A stretch of DNA of 64,000 bases from a virus (Duplodnaviria; Caudoviricetes). The DNA lies in the IMG/VR virus record IMGVR_UViG_3300009370_002257, positions 16,477 to 80,476 of that record; one strand, given 5' to 3'. Made by a program: the position numbers and the translations under genes. Within the stretch, counting starts at the first letter, position 1; each line of letters begins with the position of its first letter. This document shows positions 36,694 through 46,147 of the stretch, piece after piece. The notes under the pieces are model-generated. The model was not told the DNA's origin and searched no databases. It was given only the letters and a program-made list of their open reading frames with translations.

Positions 36694-37672
36694 GAAGAAA
36701 ACAGTATACTTATCTGCCTCGCGGATCAAAACCTTAGAGAGTTGTAGCTGGCTTTACTGGGGAAAATATCACCTTCACCTTCCCGACACGGGAAATGACG
36801 GGGCTGCTCGCGGCACAGTGTGCCATAGAATATTTGAGCTATTATTGTCCGAAAAGAACTTTAAATATTTCGAATTGATTATGTCAGAGAAATCTACCGC
36901 AGCCTGCAAGGCTGTTTGTAGATTAGTCAGGATACTCCTCAAGAAAGAGGGTTTCTACAACGAAGAAAACTACGACCTGTGCTTGGATATGATCCTCACC
37001 GGTCTAAAGTGTGACTTCTTTGGCTCCGAAGACCTAATATACGGAGAGCCGTACATAGAACGCCCAGAGGAGGCGTTCAAAATTGAAAATAAAAAACCTG
37101 TCTGGAATGCTAGGGGCTTCATAGACAAACCCATACAGTACAAAGACACGAGAACCCTCAAGATTGTAGATTATAAGAGTAGTAAGATGAAATTTAGAGG
37201 GGAAGAGCTTACGGGTAACGTACAAGCCATGATGTACACATTAGCCGCGCACAAAATATGGCCAGACAAGTTCGACAAAGTGATTGTTCAATTCCTGTTC
37301 ATCAAATTCCCCAGATCACCCATTCAAGAGCTAGAGTTTTCCAAAGAGGAACTCAAAGGCTTCGAGCTTTACTTAGAGTATGTAAATAAAATAGTCTCTA
37401 AGTTCGATGAGAGAAGCGCACAGACCAACTTCGCGATAGATGGTGGTTGGAAAACTAAATGGATGTGCGGCCCTACCAAAAGTGGCTGGGAATGCCCCAT
37501 TAAAAAGCCTTTTGATTATTATAATCTTGTAGACGAAAAAGGCAATTTCATAAAGAGCTCCTTCGAAGACGACTTAGTGCCAGAAAAAGGGCAGAAAGTG
37601 GAGAAAAAGTCTTACGAAGGTTGTCCAAAATTTCAAAATATTTCAGAGGAAGAAGACCCATTTAATCTTTGA
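36686..37672 (+). CDS. PD-(D/E)XK exonuclease, Cas4/AddB-like
   Basis: LSASRI..C, GTVCH, GFIDK, VDYKS; C-terminal Cys cluster. Confidence 0.8.
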   Translation: MPKKKTVYLSASRIKTLESCSWLYWGKYHLHLPDTGNDGAARGTVCHRIFELLLSEKNFKYFELIMSEKSTAACKAVCRLVRILLKKEGFYNEENYDLCLDMILTGLKCDFFGSEDLIYGEPYIERPEEAFKIENKKPVWNARGFIDKPIQYKDTRTLKIVDYKSSKMKFRGEELTGNVQAMMYTLAAHKIWPDKFDKVIVQFLFIKFPRSPIQELEFSKEELKGFELYLEYVNKIVSKFDERSAQTNFAIDGGWKTKWMCGPTKSGWECPIKKPFDYYNLVDEKGNFIKSSFEDDLVPEKGQKVEKKSYEGCPKFQNISEEEDPFNL

Positions 37673-37697
37673 CAAGATGGTAAATTTCCTTTAGTCT
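37669..37697 (+). promoter_or_regulatory. Promoter TTGACA-N5-GTAA-N8-TAGTCT, leaderless
   Basis: 17-nt spacer; ATG 7 nt downstream; overlaps the upstream TGA. Confidence 0.7.
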
Positions 37698-37704
37698 TAT
37701 AGAA

Positions 37705-38472
37705 ATGGTAATTCCAATTTTCAAAAGTCACTATTCGATAGGAAGGAGCGTTCTCACCCTAGAGAAGCCCGTAGACGTTATTAAAGATGGCCCAGACTCT
37801 ATTATTGATCTGTGCAAAAAGAATGGTATAGATAACCTTTACTTGGTAGAAGATTCCATGGGAGGGTTCCTTCAGGGCTACATCAACTCTGCGGAAGCGG
37901 GGTTGAATTTTCGCTTTGGGTTAAGGCTTACCGTCTGCGACGACATGCTTCAGAAAGACGAAGAGTCTAAGCTTCGATGCAGCAAATACATTATATTCGC
38001 CAACAACAAGGAGGGCTACCATAGGCTAATTAAAATAAATACTACTGCTTCTAAGGATGGTTTTTACTATAACCCTAGGGCGGATTTTAAAACTTTAAAA
38101 AAACATTGGGATGATAATGATCTTTCCTTATGTATCCCATTTTACGACTCGTTCCTGCATAGGAATGCGATCCATGGGACGTTATGTGTTCCCAATTTTG
38201 ACTTTACAAACCCGACCTTCTTCATTGAGGATAACGATTTATACATTGATCAAGTAATCCGCAAACACATAGAGAAGCACTGCGAGGATGGGTGCGAATC
38301 TCAGGAGGTGAAGAGCATTTACTATAAAACTAGAAAAGATTTTAAGTCCTATCTGACTTTTAGGTGCATTAACAACAGATCAACCCTAGACAAGCCAGAG
38401 CTAGAAGGAATGAACAGCGCTGAGTTTTGCCTTCAAAGCTGGAAGGAATCCAATGGACGAGCACTTGCTTAG
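37705..38472 (+). CDS. Stand-alone PHP domain of DNA polymerase III alpha
   Basis: KSHYSIGRS, LVED, GLRL, IFANNKEGYHRLIK match the DnaE N-terminal PHP domain. Confidence 0.8.
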   Translation: MVIPIFKSHYSIGRSVLTLEKPVDVIKDGPDSIIDLCKKNGIDNLYLVEDSMGGFLQGYINSAEAGLNFRFGLRLTVCDDMLQKDEESKLRCSKYIIFANNKEGYHRLIKINTTASKDGFYYNPRADFKTLKKHWDDNDLSLCIPFYDSFLHRNAIHGTLCVPNFDFTNPTFFIEDNDLYIDQVIRKHIEKHCEDGCESQEVKSIYYKTRKDFKSYLTFRCINNRSTLDKPELEGMNSAEFCLQSWKESNGRALA

Positions 38473-39091
38473 ATTTGACAACGATAAGTTGTTTGTGTTT
38501 CTCGACTTCGAGACAGAGAACTTATGCCTTAATTTCGTGCACAACATGCCATGGCAGCTTGCCATGATTAAATCTAAAGGCGGCAAGAAGATAGCCGAAA
38601 AAAATTACCACATTAAATGGGATAGGGAAATTAATGTAAGCGCGGACGCAGCAAGAATCACGGGGTTCAATAAAAAGAAGTACGAGAAATTAGCGGAGCC
38701 ATACAACGAATTGTTCCCAACAGTAGACGACTGGCTTACGTCAGCGGATTACATTGTTGGACATAATATTCTTGGCTTCGATATTCATCTACTCAAAGAG
38801 TACTATAGAAAAATGGGCGTCTCTGATGAGCACTTGCTAGAAAAGTTCCTAGATACTAATGCCTTAGCGAAGGGCATTAAGTTCGGCCTCCCGTACACAA
38901 AGGGGGAGAGCCTCATAGAGTACCAATACAGGGCACACAACAAAAGAAAGAGGGGGGTGAGGACAAATCTTGACGCCCTAGCAAAAGACTACGACATTAA
39001 ATACGAAAAAAGCAAAAGACACGACGCGCTTTACGACCTAGAACTCAACCTGATGGTTTGGAACAAACTAAAACACAACATAGAAATTTAA
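38453..39091 (+). CDS. DEDDh 3'-5' exonuclease (DnaQ-like)
   Basis: LDFETE, GHNILGFD, HDALYD. Confidence 0.88.
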   Translation: MDEHLLRFDNDKLFVFLDFETENLCLNFVHNMPWQLAMIKSKGGKKIAEKNYHIKWDREINVSADAARITGFNKKKYEKLAEPYNELFPTVDDWLTSADYIVGHNILGFDIHLLKEYYRKMGVSDEHLLEKFLDTNALAKGIKFGLPYTKGESLIEYQYRAHNKRKRGVRTNLDALAKDYDIKYEKSKRHDALYDLELNLMVWNKLKHNIEI

Positions 39092-41649
39092 TGGCGAGTT
39101 TCATCAATAAATTCGAGGACTATAACCTAGGCATACACGGCGTTAGGCTTCCTAATTTTCATATCGAAAATAAGTATAAGCGCCAGATCGGGGTCAGCGA
39201 GGATTGCTCTAATATAGAATTCCTCAAAGCTATGGCCAGCAAGGGCTTTAAGAAGCTCGGGGTTAGAAAGGGTACGAAAGCATACAAAGAGTATCAGGCA
39301 AGAGCTAGGTACGAGCTTGAAACCTTAGAAGAATTAGGTTTCATTGATTATATCTTGCTGGTTTGGGATGTAGTAAACTTTTGCAAGGAGAGCGACATTC
39401 CGATTGGTCGCGGTCGTGGTAGCGCGGCAGGAAGTCTTATCTTGTTCCTTATCGGAGCCACTGGTATCGACCCAATTAGGTATGGTTTATATTTCGAGAG
39501 ATTTATCTCCAAGATTCGGGCAAAAAAACAAGTTGTAGATGGAATCACCTATCTTGATGGCTCCCTGATGTGTGACGTAGATATCGACGTATGCTACTAC
39601 AAACGCCAAGAAGTTCTTAAATATCTTGAAGAGAAATTTGAAGGAAAAACATCTAAAATCCTGACCCTCAACACTCTTAGCGGCAAGCTCCTAATGAAGG
39701 AGTGCGGTAAGATCGTGTCTGCGCGGCCCGAGGGGGAGATGAACCAAGTTACGGCTCTCATACCCAAAACCTACGGCATAGTACAGGATATCGGCGAGGC
39801 CTACGATGAAGTAGAAAAATTCAAAGAGTGGTGTGACGAGAATAAAGAGTCCTATGACGTAGCCCTCAAGCTCAGGGGGCTCATTAAAAACAAGGGGGTA
39901 CATGCCTCGGCAATATCTTTATCCTTTGATAAGATGGAAGACTCTTGCCCGACAGAGCTTTCCTCAGACAAGAGTTCGGTCTCTAGTTACGACATGAATT
40001 GGGTGTCCATGTTTAATGTTAAGCTAGATATTTTAGGCTTACGTAGCGCCTCGGTTGTCCACGATGTTTGTAAGCAGGTCGGGATAGAAATGACCGAGAT
40101 TGACCTAGACGATAATTTTATTTACCAAAACCTGCAAGACCTGAGAACGCCTCACGGCTTATTCCAGATTGAGGCGGACACAAACTATAAAGTATGCAGA
40201 AAAGTTATGCCGAAATCTCTCAGCGAGCTAAGCGCGGTACTTGCCCTAGGCAGGCCGGGAGCTATGTCGTTCGTAGATCAATACGCAAGTTACTCAAATA
40301 CCCAGACTTACGAGGCAATCCATCCATTTTTCGATACAATTCTTAAAGAGACCGGTGGCGTGGCCCTATATCAAGAGCAGTTGATGAAAATGGCGCACGA
40401 GATAGGCTTTACGCTTGACGAGGCGGAAATTCTCCGTCGTATCGTAGGCAAAAAGAAGGTGGCAGAGGTAAGAAAATGGAAGAAGAAAATCAAAGACAAA
40501 GTAGCAGAGAACAATCTGGAAAAAGAAGTGGGAGATATCCTCTGGAGCGTCCTCGAAGATAGCGCGAATTATTCTTTCAACAAGTCCCACTCTATCGCGT
40601 ATGCTGCCCTATCTGCTTCCACGATATATCTCAAATTTAAGCACCCGCAGCAGTTCTTCTTGTCGTTGCTAAAAATGACTAGGCATGAGCCAGATCCTAC
40701 TACAGAAATCTCCAAGATCGAAAAGGAGTTGCAGTATTTTGGCATCAAATTGCTACCCCCTCACATCACAAAGTCGGAGATGGACTTCAGCATTGAGGGT
40801 CAAAACATTCGGTTTGGATTACTGTCAATCAAAGGTATTTCGGAAAAGAAGATAGAAAAAATTAACCAATTTAGGGATGAGTATTCCTCTAAATTCGAGA
40901 TATTCCAAGCGGCGACTGAAGCTAAAATAGACATAGGAACACTCTCCGCCCTTATCCAAGCGGGTGCGCTCGAGGATGGCTTCAAGCAGTCGAGAAGCAA
41001 GGTCGTGTTAGAGGCTCAATTATGGAATCTACTAAAAGTGAGGGAGAGAAAATACTCCATCCAGCTTTCAAGTAAATTTGATAATGATCTTATAAAAATA
41101 ATTAAATATTTAATGGAGTACCAAGATGAGAAGGGCAAAGAGATCATTAAAGAAAGCAGGTATGAGACGATTAAGAAGCACTATAAGCCATATCTTGATA
41201 TTTATATGTTAAACAGTAAGTCAGAGAGATTTGCTAATTGGTATTATGAGAAAATTTTATTAGGGTATACCTACAATGTCCCACTCAGAGACATTTTCCT
41301 AGAGAAGCAACCCGAATTATGCTCTGTTAGGGACGCGTTGGAGGCGGAAATCGGGGAAAGCCTTATATTCGCTGCGTGGGTAGATGATTGTTGGTCTGGC
41401 ACCTCCAAAGCTAAGGGTACAAAATATCAAAAGCTCATAGTCTCAGACGAAACAGGCATCATGAACACAATGATTTTCTCCAAGAAGATGGAGGAATGCC
41501 AATTAATGAATGACGGTCTTGCACAAAAGAAAAACATTGTTATAGTAAGGGGGAGGAAGTTCGAAGACGTGGTTTTCGCAGATGTTATCGGTGTCCAAGA
41601 TAATAAAGTTTACACAAAACTCTCAGAACTCAAGAAAGTTAAGGCTTGA
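39091..41649 (+). CDS. dnaE: DNA polymerase III alpha catalytic subunit lacking the PHP domain
   Basis: GRGRGSAAGS, FERF, DVDID, KLDILG, YQEQ, FNKSHS, HhH and OB regions; ATG 39091 by TAATG overlap. Confidence 0.95.
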   Translation: MASFINKFEDYNLGIHGVRLPNFHIENKYKRQIGVSEDCSNIEFLKAMASKGFKKLGVRKGTKAYKEYQARARYELETLEELGFIDYILLVWDVVNFCKESDIPIGRGRGSAAGSLILFLIGATGIDPIRYGLYFERFISKIRAKKQVVDGITYLDGSLMCDVDIDVCYYKRQEVLKYLEEKFEGKTSKILTLNTLSGKLLMKECGKIVSARPEGEMNQVTALIPKTYGIVQDIGEAYDEVEKFKEWCDENKESYDVALKLRGLIKNKGVHASAISLSFDKMEDSCPTELSSDKSSVSSYDMNWVSMFNVKLDILGLRSASVVHDVCKQVGIEMTEIDLDDNFIYQNLQDLRTPHGLFQIEADTNYKVCRKVMPKSLSELSAVLALGRPGAMSFVDQYASYSNTQTYEAIHPFFDTILKETGGVALYQEQLMKMAHEIGFTLDEAEILRRIVGKKKVAEVRKWKKKIKDKVAENNLEKEVGDILWSVLEDSANYSFNKSHSIAYAALSASTIYLKFKHPQQFFLSLLKMTRHEPDPTTEISKIEKELQYFGIKLLPPHITKSEMDFSIEGQNIRFGLLSIKGISEKKIEKINQFRDEYSSKFEIFQAATEAKIDIGTLSALIQAGALEDGFKQSRSKVVLEAQLWNLLKVRERKYSIQLSSKFDNDLIKIIKYLMEYQDEKGKEIIKESRYETIKKHYKPYLDIYMLNSKSERFANWYYEKILLGYTYNVPLRDIFLEKQPELCSVRDALEAEIGESLIFAAWVDDCWSGTSKAKGTKYQKLIVSDETGIMNTMIFSKKMEECQLMNDGLAQKKNIVIVRGRKFEDVVFADVIGVQDNKVYTKLSELKKVKA

Positions 41650-41674
41650 CAATACAGTAAAAGAAAGGCAATAT
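41646..41674 (+). promoter_or_regulatory. Promoter TTGACA-N5-GTAA-N8-CAATAT, leaderless
   Basis: 17-nt spacer; ATG 5 nt downstream; overlaps the dnaE TGA. Confidence 0.65.
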
Positions 41675-41679
41675 AAGAT

Positions 41680-42243
41680 ATGATTCAATTCTACAAACCG
41701 AACCCCAAGGTGACAGGAACCGCTTGTTCATTTTGGATTAACAGAGACGGCTCAGTCATGGCCTCTATGATCAAACAAGATTCTTGGAATAGTGACCGCA
41801 AGATTGGCTCCTTCGCTAAGAATAAAAACAATCCAACCAAACGAGTGATCACTAAATTAGGTCGCCAAGAAGTGGCGGGGATCATAGATTGTCTGGAAAC
41901 GAATAGGGAATTCAGCACCTACCACAGCAGCGCTAAACAAGTGTTACAGATGAAGTTTTGCCCCTACATCAGAAACGGTGACCAAATAGGATTTTCCTTT
42001 GCGATCAATAAGCAGGACAAGGAAGATTCCACTGCCAAGACGGGCTTTATCATTGGCTTTACATTTCCAGAGGGCAGGCTTCTCCGGCACGACTTAGAAC
42101 TTTTCTTAGACAAAACAGTAAATGTCAGAGAAGATATTGAGGAAGAACCATCGCCCCCCACCCCGCAACAACCAGTGGTCAAGGTCACAGATTTAGATCG
42201 AGAGGGCGTGCTGGAAAACGAAGACGACGACGAACCTTGGTAA
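41680..42243 (+). CDS. Putative ssDNA-binding protein
   Basis: Beta-rich core, Pro-rich linker and acidic aromatic tail EDDDEPW; replication context. Confidence 0.5.
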   Translation: MIQFYKPNPKVTGTACSFWINRDGSVMASMIKQDSWNSDRKIGSFAKNKNNPTKRVITKLGRQEVAGIIDCLETNREFSTYHSSAKQVLQMKFCPYIRNGDQIGFSFAINKQDKEDSTAKTGFIIGFTFPEGRLLRHDLELFLDKTVNVREDIEEEPSPPTPQQPVVKVTDLDREGVLENEDDDEPW

Positions 42244-42244
42244 A

Positions 42245-44173
42245 ATGAGTGAAAAAATAAAAGTACTTGTCCAAAGCGATTTCTCTTTGGCTAAAACAGG
42301 TTTTGCGCGTAACGCCAAGGCCATTTTATCTTACCTATACAGGACAGGTAAATACGATATAGTACATTATTGCTGTGGCGTAAATTATTCTAACCCGCAC
42401 CTTCAAGCTACCCCTTGGAAATCAATTGGCTGCCTACCAGATAGTCAATTAGAGATGGAAATGTTACAAAAAGACCCAGCCGTCTCAAAACTAGCCAGTT
42501 ACGGAGCTCACTTTTTAGATAAAGTTATCAAAGATGAAAAGCCAGATGTATATATTGCAGTGCAAGATATTTGGGGGGTAGATTTCGCAATAGATAAACC
42601 TTGGTTTTCCGAAATTAACTCTGTTATTTGGACGACTTTAGACTCGTTACCGATTCTTCCGTCTGCAATTTCTAACGCGAAAAAAATAAAAAACTATTGG
42701 ATATGGAGTAACTTCGCTACCAAGGTTTTTCACAAGGAAGGCCATGAGCACGTAAAAACTTTACATGGGGCGCTTGAAGATGAAGCTTTCCACAAGCTGC
42801 CAGACTCTACGAGGTTAGAGCTTAGGAAAAAATTTAATATTCCCAAAGACGCTTATGTAATTGGGTTTGTTTTCAGGAATCAACTCAGGAAATCTGTCCC
42901 CAATTTATTACAAGGATATAAACTTTTTAAAGATAGAAACCCAAAAGCCAAAACAAGGCTATTACTTCACACCCATTTTGGTGAGGGCTGGAATATATTG
43001 AGACTAGCAAAAGAGCACGGGGTACCTGTAGATGAAATCATATGCACATACGCTTGCCAAAAATGCAGTGCTTACGAAGTCAAAGTTTTTGAAGGGCAAG
43101 ATAGGCAATGCCCGAATTGCGGGGCGGAAAAGGCCCAAGTTACCGCACAGGTTGGTTGTGGCGTTACAGAGCCCCAGCTTAATGAGGTTTATAATTTGAT
43201 GGATGTTTATTGCCACCCTTTCACCTCGGGAGGGCAAGAGATTCCGATTCAAGAAGCCAAGTTGACGGAGTTAATCACCCTAGTGACTGACTATAGCTGC
43301 GGCGAAGACATGTGCGTGAAAGATGCTGCTTCATTACCCCTAGAGTGGAGTGAATACAGGGAGGCAGGAACAGAATTCATCAAAGCTTCGACTTGCCCCA
43401 AGTCTATAGCTAAAAATCTTAAGAAGGTTTTCGCAATGAAGCCTCAAGATAGAGAAAAAATGGGCAAACAGGCCAGAAAATTTACTATAGAAAATTATTC
43501 CGTAAAAGTTTTAGGGGAACAAATAGAGAAGTTCTTAGATTCTTGCGAAAAAACCTCCTACGACTTTTCCTGTGCTGTTCTGCAAAAAAACCCTGCAGCA
43601 GAAATACCAGACATCCCAAGCGATGGCGACTGGTTGAAATTTATGTACAAAAACATCCTCAAAATGGATGTAGATGAGAATGATGAAGGTCATAAATACT
43701 GGACGCAGGAAATTTCGAAGGGAATCAAAAGAAAAGCTATTGAAGAGTACTTCAGGCAAGTCGCGAATAAAGAAAACGAGGGGCAGAAGACTACGAGCCT
43801 TAGAGACTTAGTAGACGACACGGGGAACAAGAGGATGCTCTTAGTGCTGAAGGAGTCTATAGGAGACGTTGTTCTCGCCACCGCCCTATTTGAAGATATT
43901 AAAAATAGATACCCAGATCACGATTTATACATAGCGACAGACCCCCTATACTTTGAGCTCTTAGAGCCGAATCCTTTCATACACAAAGTCATTCCGTATG
44001 CCCCCATGCTTGAGTCAGAGCTTAATGTAATTCACAGGGGGCGCGTTTCCGATAAGCGGGAGGACGAGCAACACGGAGTCTTCGACGTGTATTGTAACCT
44101 CCCCATAATGACTCAGAAAGTCTTGAATTACCTAACTAATAATAACCCCTCTTTTGAACTCGTTAATAGATAA
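42245..44173 (+). CDS. Multidomain glycosyltransferase: GT4-like with zinc ribbon, plus GT9 N-terminal half
   Basis: GFVFRNQLRKS, CQKC/CPNC, HPFTSGGQE; C-terminal ESIGDVVLATALF...EPNPFIHKV. Confidence 0.75.
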   Translation: MSEKIKVLVQSDFSLAKTGFARNAKAILSYLYRTGKYDIVHYCCGVNYSNPHLQATPWKSIGCLPDSQLEMEMLQKDPAVSKLASYGAHFLDKVIKDEKPDVYIAVQDIWGVDFAIDKPWFSEINSVIWTTLDSLPILPSAISNAKKIKNYWIWSNFATKVFHKEGHEHVKTLHGALEDEAFHKLPDSTRLELRKKFNIPKDAYVIGFVFRNQLRKSVPNLLQGYKLFKDRNPKAKTRLLLHTHFGEGWNILRLAKEHGVPVDEIICTYACQKCSAYEVKVFEGQDRQCPNCGAEKAQVTAQVGCGVTEPQLNEVYNLMDVYCHPFTSGGQEIPIQEAKLTELITLVTDYSCGEDMCVKDAASLPLEWSEYREAGTEFIKASTCPKSIAKNLKKVFAMKPQDREKMGKQARKFTIENYSVKVLGEQIEKFLDSCEKTSYDFSCAVLQKNPAAEIPDIPSDGDWLKFMYKNILKMDVDENDEGHKYWTQEISKGIKRKAIEEYFRQVANKENEGQKTTSLRDLVDDTGNKRMLLVLKESIGDVVLATALFEDIKNRYPDHDLYIATDPLYFELLEPNPFIHKVIPYAPMLESELNVIHRGRVSDKREDEQHGVFDVYCNLPIMTQKVLNYLTNNNPSFELVNR

Positions 44174-45360
44174 TGCACATAGTCGAAACATACGCCCTCT
44201 GCAGCGGTTCTAAAATAAATAAGCCATTTATTTATACTAAATATACACCCCTGCCCTTTGAAAATTACATAACAATACAGGCCACAGGGAAGGCGCAGTC
44301 TAGGGAATATGATTACTGGCAAGAGGTTGTAGACTCCATCAAACCCACTCTAGATAGAGCAGGGGTAGCAATAGTGCAAGTAGGCGGTAAGGAAGAACCC
44401 GCACTCGTCGGATCGTTGCCGCTCAACGGGCAAACGGATTTAGGCCAATTAGCTTATGTGATATCTAGAGCCAAGTTGCACCTCGGCGTAGACAGTTGTG
44501 GTGTGCATATAGCGTCCGCTTTCGACACGCCTATCGTGGCAATATATGGGAACTCTTCCCCCTCGTGTTGCGGTCCCTTTTTCGGAGATAAAAAAAAGCA
44601 GTCATGCATAACCCCCTTCGACTACGAAAACATTTACCCATCTTATTCTAACGTCGAAGAGGATAAGGCTATAAACGCCCTTAAGCCTGAAAAAATTGCC
44701 GACGAGACCCTAAGACTGCTGGACCTTAAGAGGGAAGGCTCTTCTTATACAACGGTTATGAGGGGGCCAAATTACCCGCACGGAAATATTCAATGCATAC
44801 CAGATACCGTAACCAATTTTTCTGATGGGGCGGTCAATAATATGATCATGAGAATGGATCTAGTCTTCAATCAAGATATTTTAGTAAATCAATTACAAAA
44901 AAACCAATGCAGCATAGTCACGAGAAAGCCAATTGCTTCTGATATTTTCGACAAGTTGAAAGCCAGAGTGACTGAGGTGGTATATTTACTAGATGAGAAT
45001 CATGACCCCTCCTTCGTGGAAGCTTTAAAATCTTTTGGTGTAAGCTTCACCCTACTCGCAGAAATGACTGAAAAGGAAATTCAGGCGATCAAAATGTATT
45101 ACATGGAATTCGGCTTAATATCGCAGAAAAAAACCCCAAACCCGGAAGACATAGAAGCCCTTAAAGCTGTTGGGGCTGAAAACCTTTTTTATAGATCTAA
45201 AAAGTTCTTCGTATCCAAGGGGAAAATATTTCCGAGCGTAGCAGCTTGGGAGGAAGACCTCGGAGTAGAGGGCGCAAGGGTCAGAACCTTACCCGTCATA
45301 GATAAAGACTCCTTCTGGGCCGAGCTAGAAGATTATTACATTCTTAAAAATAATACTTGA
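44173..45360 (+). CDS. GT9 (heptosyltransferase-like) C-terminal half plus an unknown domain
   Basis: YWQEVV...IVQVGG, LGQLAYVISRAKLHLGVDSCGVHIASAFDTPIVAIYG. Confidence 0.75.
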   Translation: MHIVETYALCSGSKINKPFIYTKYTPLPFENYITIQATGKAQSREYDYWQEVVDSIKPTLDRAGVAIVQVGGKEEPALVGSLPLNGQTDLGQLAYVISRAKLHLGVDSCGVHIASAFDTPIVAIYGNSSPSCCGPFFGDKKKQSCITPFDYENIYPSYSNVEEDKAINALKPEKIADETLRLLDLKREGSSYTTVMRGPNYPHGNIQCIPDTVTNFSDGAVNNMIMRMDLVFNQDILVNQLQKNQCSIVTRKPIASDIFDKLKARVTEVVYLLDENHDPSFVEALKSFGVSFTLLAEMTEKEIQAIKMYYMEFGLISQKKTPNPEDIEALKAVGAENLFYRSKKFFVSKGKIFPSVAAWEEDLGVEGARVRTLPVIDKDSFWAELEDYYILKNNT

Positions 45361-45385
45361 TCCAACCGTAAATCCTTTATATAAT
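45357..45385 (+). promoter_or_regulatory. Promoter TTGATC-N5-GTAA-N8-TATAAT, leaderless
   Basis: 17-nt spacer; ATG 6 nt downstream; overlaps the upstream TGA. Confidence 0.8.
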
Positions 45386-45391
45386 CAAAAG

Positions 45392-46147
45392 ATGAGCAAA
45401 AAAATTGGCTTCAATCGTACTCAGGACGACGACAATCGCCCTAACGAAACTCCCGAGAGAGACGGGTACGGACTTCTACCGGACTCTTTAGCGGAATATG
45501 TCTACGATGAAAGCGGCTCGATTGACTGGCGCAAGATGGTGAAGCAACAGTATCTCGTTTCTAATAGGAGTCGGACCTCAGAGACAGACGTGTCAAAGCT
45601 GGAGGACAGAGACCTCCTTATTCTCCTCGGAGGCATAAAAGAACTTGCTCAAATTAGGGGTTACACCTCAGTGAACTATCAAGTCTCATGCCCATGCCCA
45701 GAATACGTTGTCGCGGTTTGCACAATTAATTGGATTCCCAATTTCGAGACAGGAATGAAAGCTGTTTCATTCTCTGCTATAGGTGACGCTTCTCCCAATA
45801 ATACAAAAAGTTTTGCGCGACACTTCCTAGGCCCTATAGCTGAAAATAGAGCCTTCGTTCGCTGCGTGAGAAACTTTCTTAAAATCCATATCGTCTCCCA
45901 AGAAGAGATGGGGGACGCGAAACTCTTAGATGACTCTGCCGCCCAAGGAGACACAGCGAATCCAAAGGCTCTCCTGTCTAAGTTGATGACCGATAAAAAC
46001 ATAACCTTCGAAAGCGTTAAGGCTAAATTGGTTAAAGAGGGATTTGAGAAAGCAGAAACGATGAGCGGAGTGGAAGACATTCCCGTAGCAAAATGTTTCG
46101 CCCTAATAGAAAGAATCAAGAAGGCTAGGAAGAAAAAGGCTTCCTAG
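45392..46147 (+). CDS. Putative Rad52-like single-strand annealing protein
   Basis: LILLGGIKELA..RG, VVAVC, AIGDA, AENRAFVRCVRNFL pattern. Confidence 0.55.
   Translation: MSKKIGFNRTQDDDNRPNETPERDGYGLLPDSLAEYVYDESGSIDWRKMVKQQYLVSNRSRTSETDVSKLEDRDLLILLGGIKELAQIRGYTSVNYQVSCPCPEYVVAVCTINWIPNFETGMKAVSFSAIGDASPNNTKSFARHFLGPIAENRAFVRCVRNFLKIHIVSQEEMGDAKLLDDSAAQGDTANPKALLSKLMTDKNITFESVKAKLVKEGFEKAETMSGVEDIPVAKCFALIERIKKARKKKAS

Noticed and set aside
36686-37672. CRISPR-Cas system suggested by the Cas4-like gene
   Set aside because: No repeat-spacer array or other cas genes were seen in the window.
37705-41649. Split intein joining the DnaE pieces
   Set aside because: No intein block A (Cys/Ser start) or terminal His-Asn motifs at the ORF ends.
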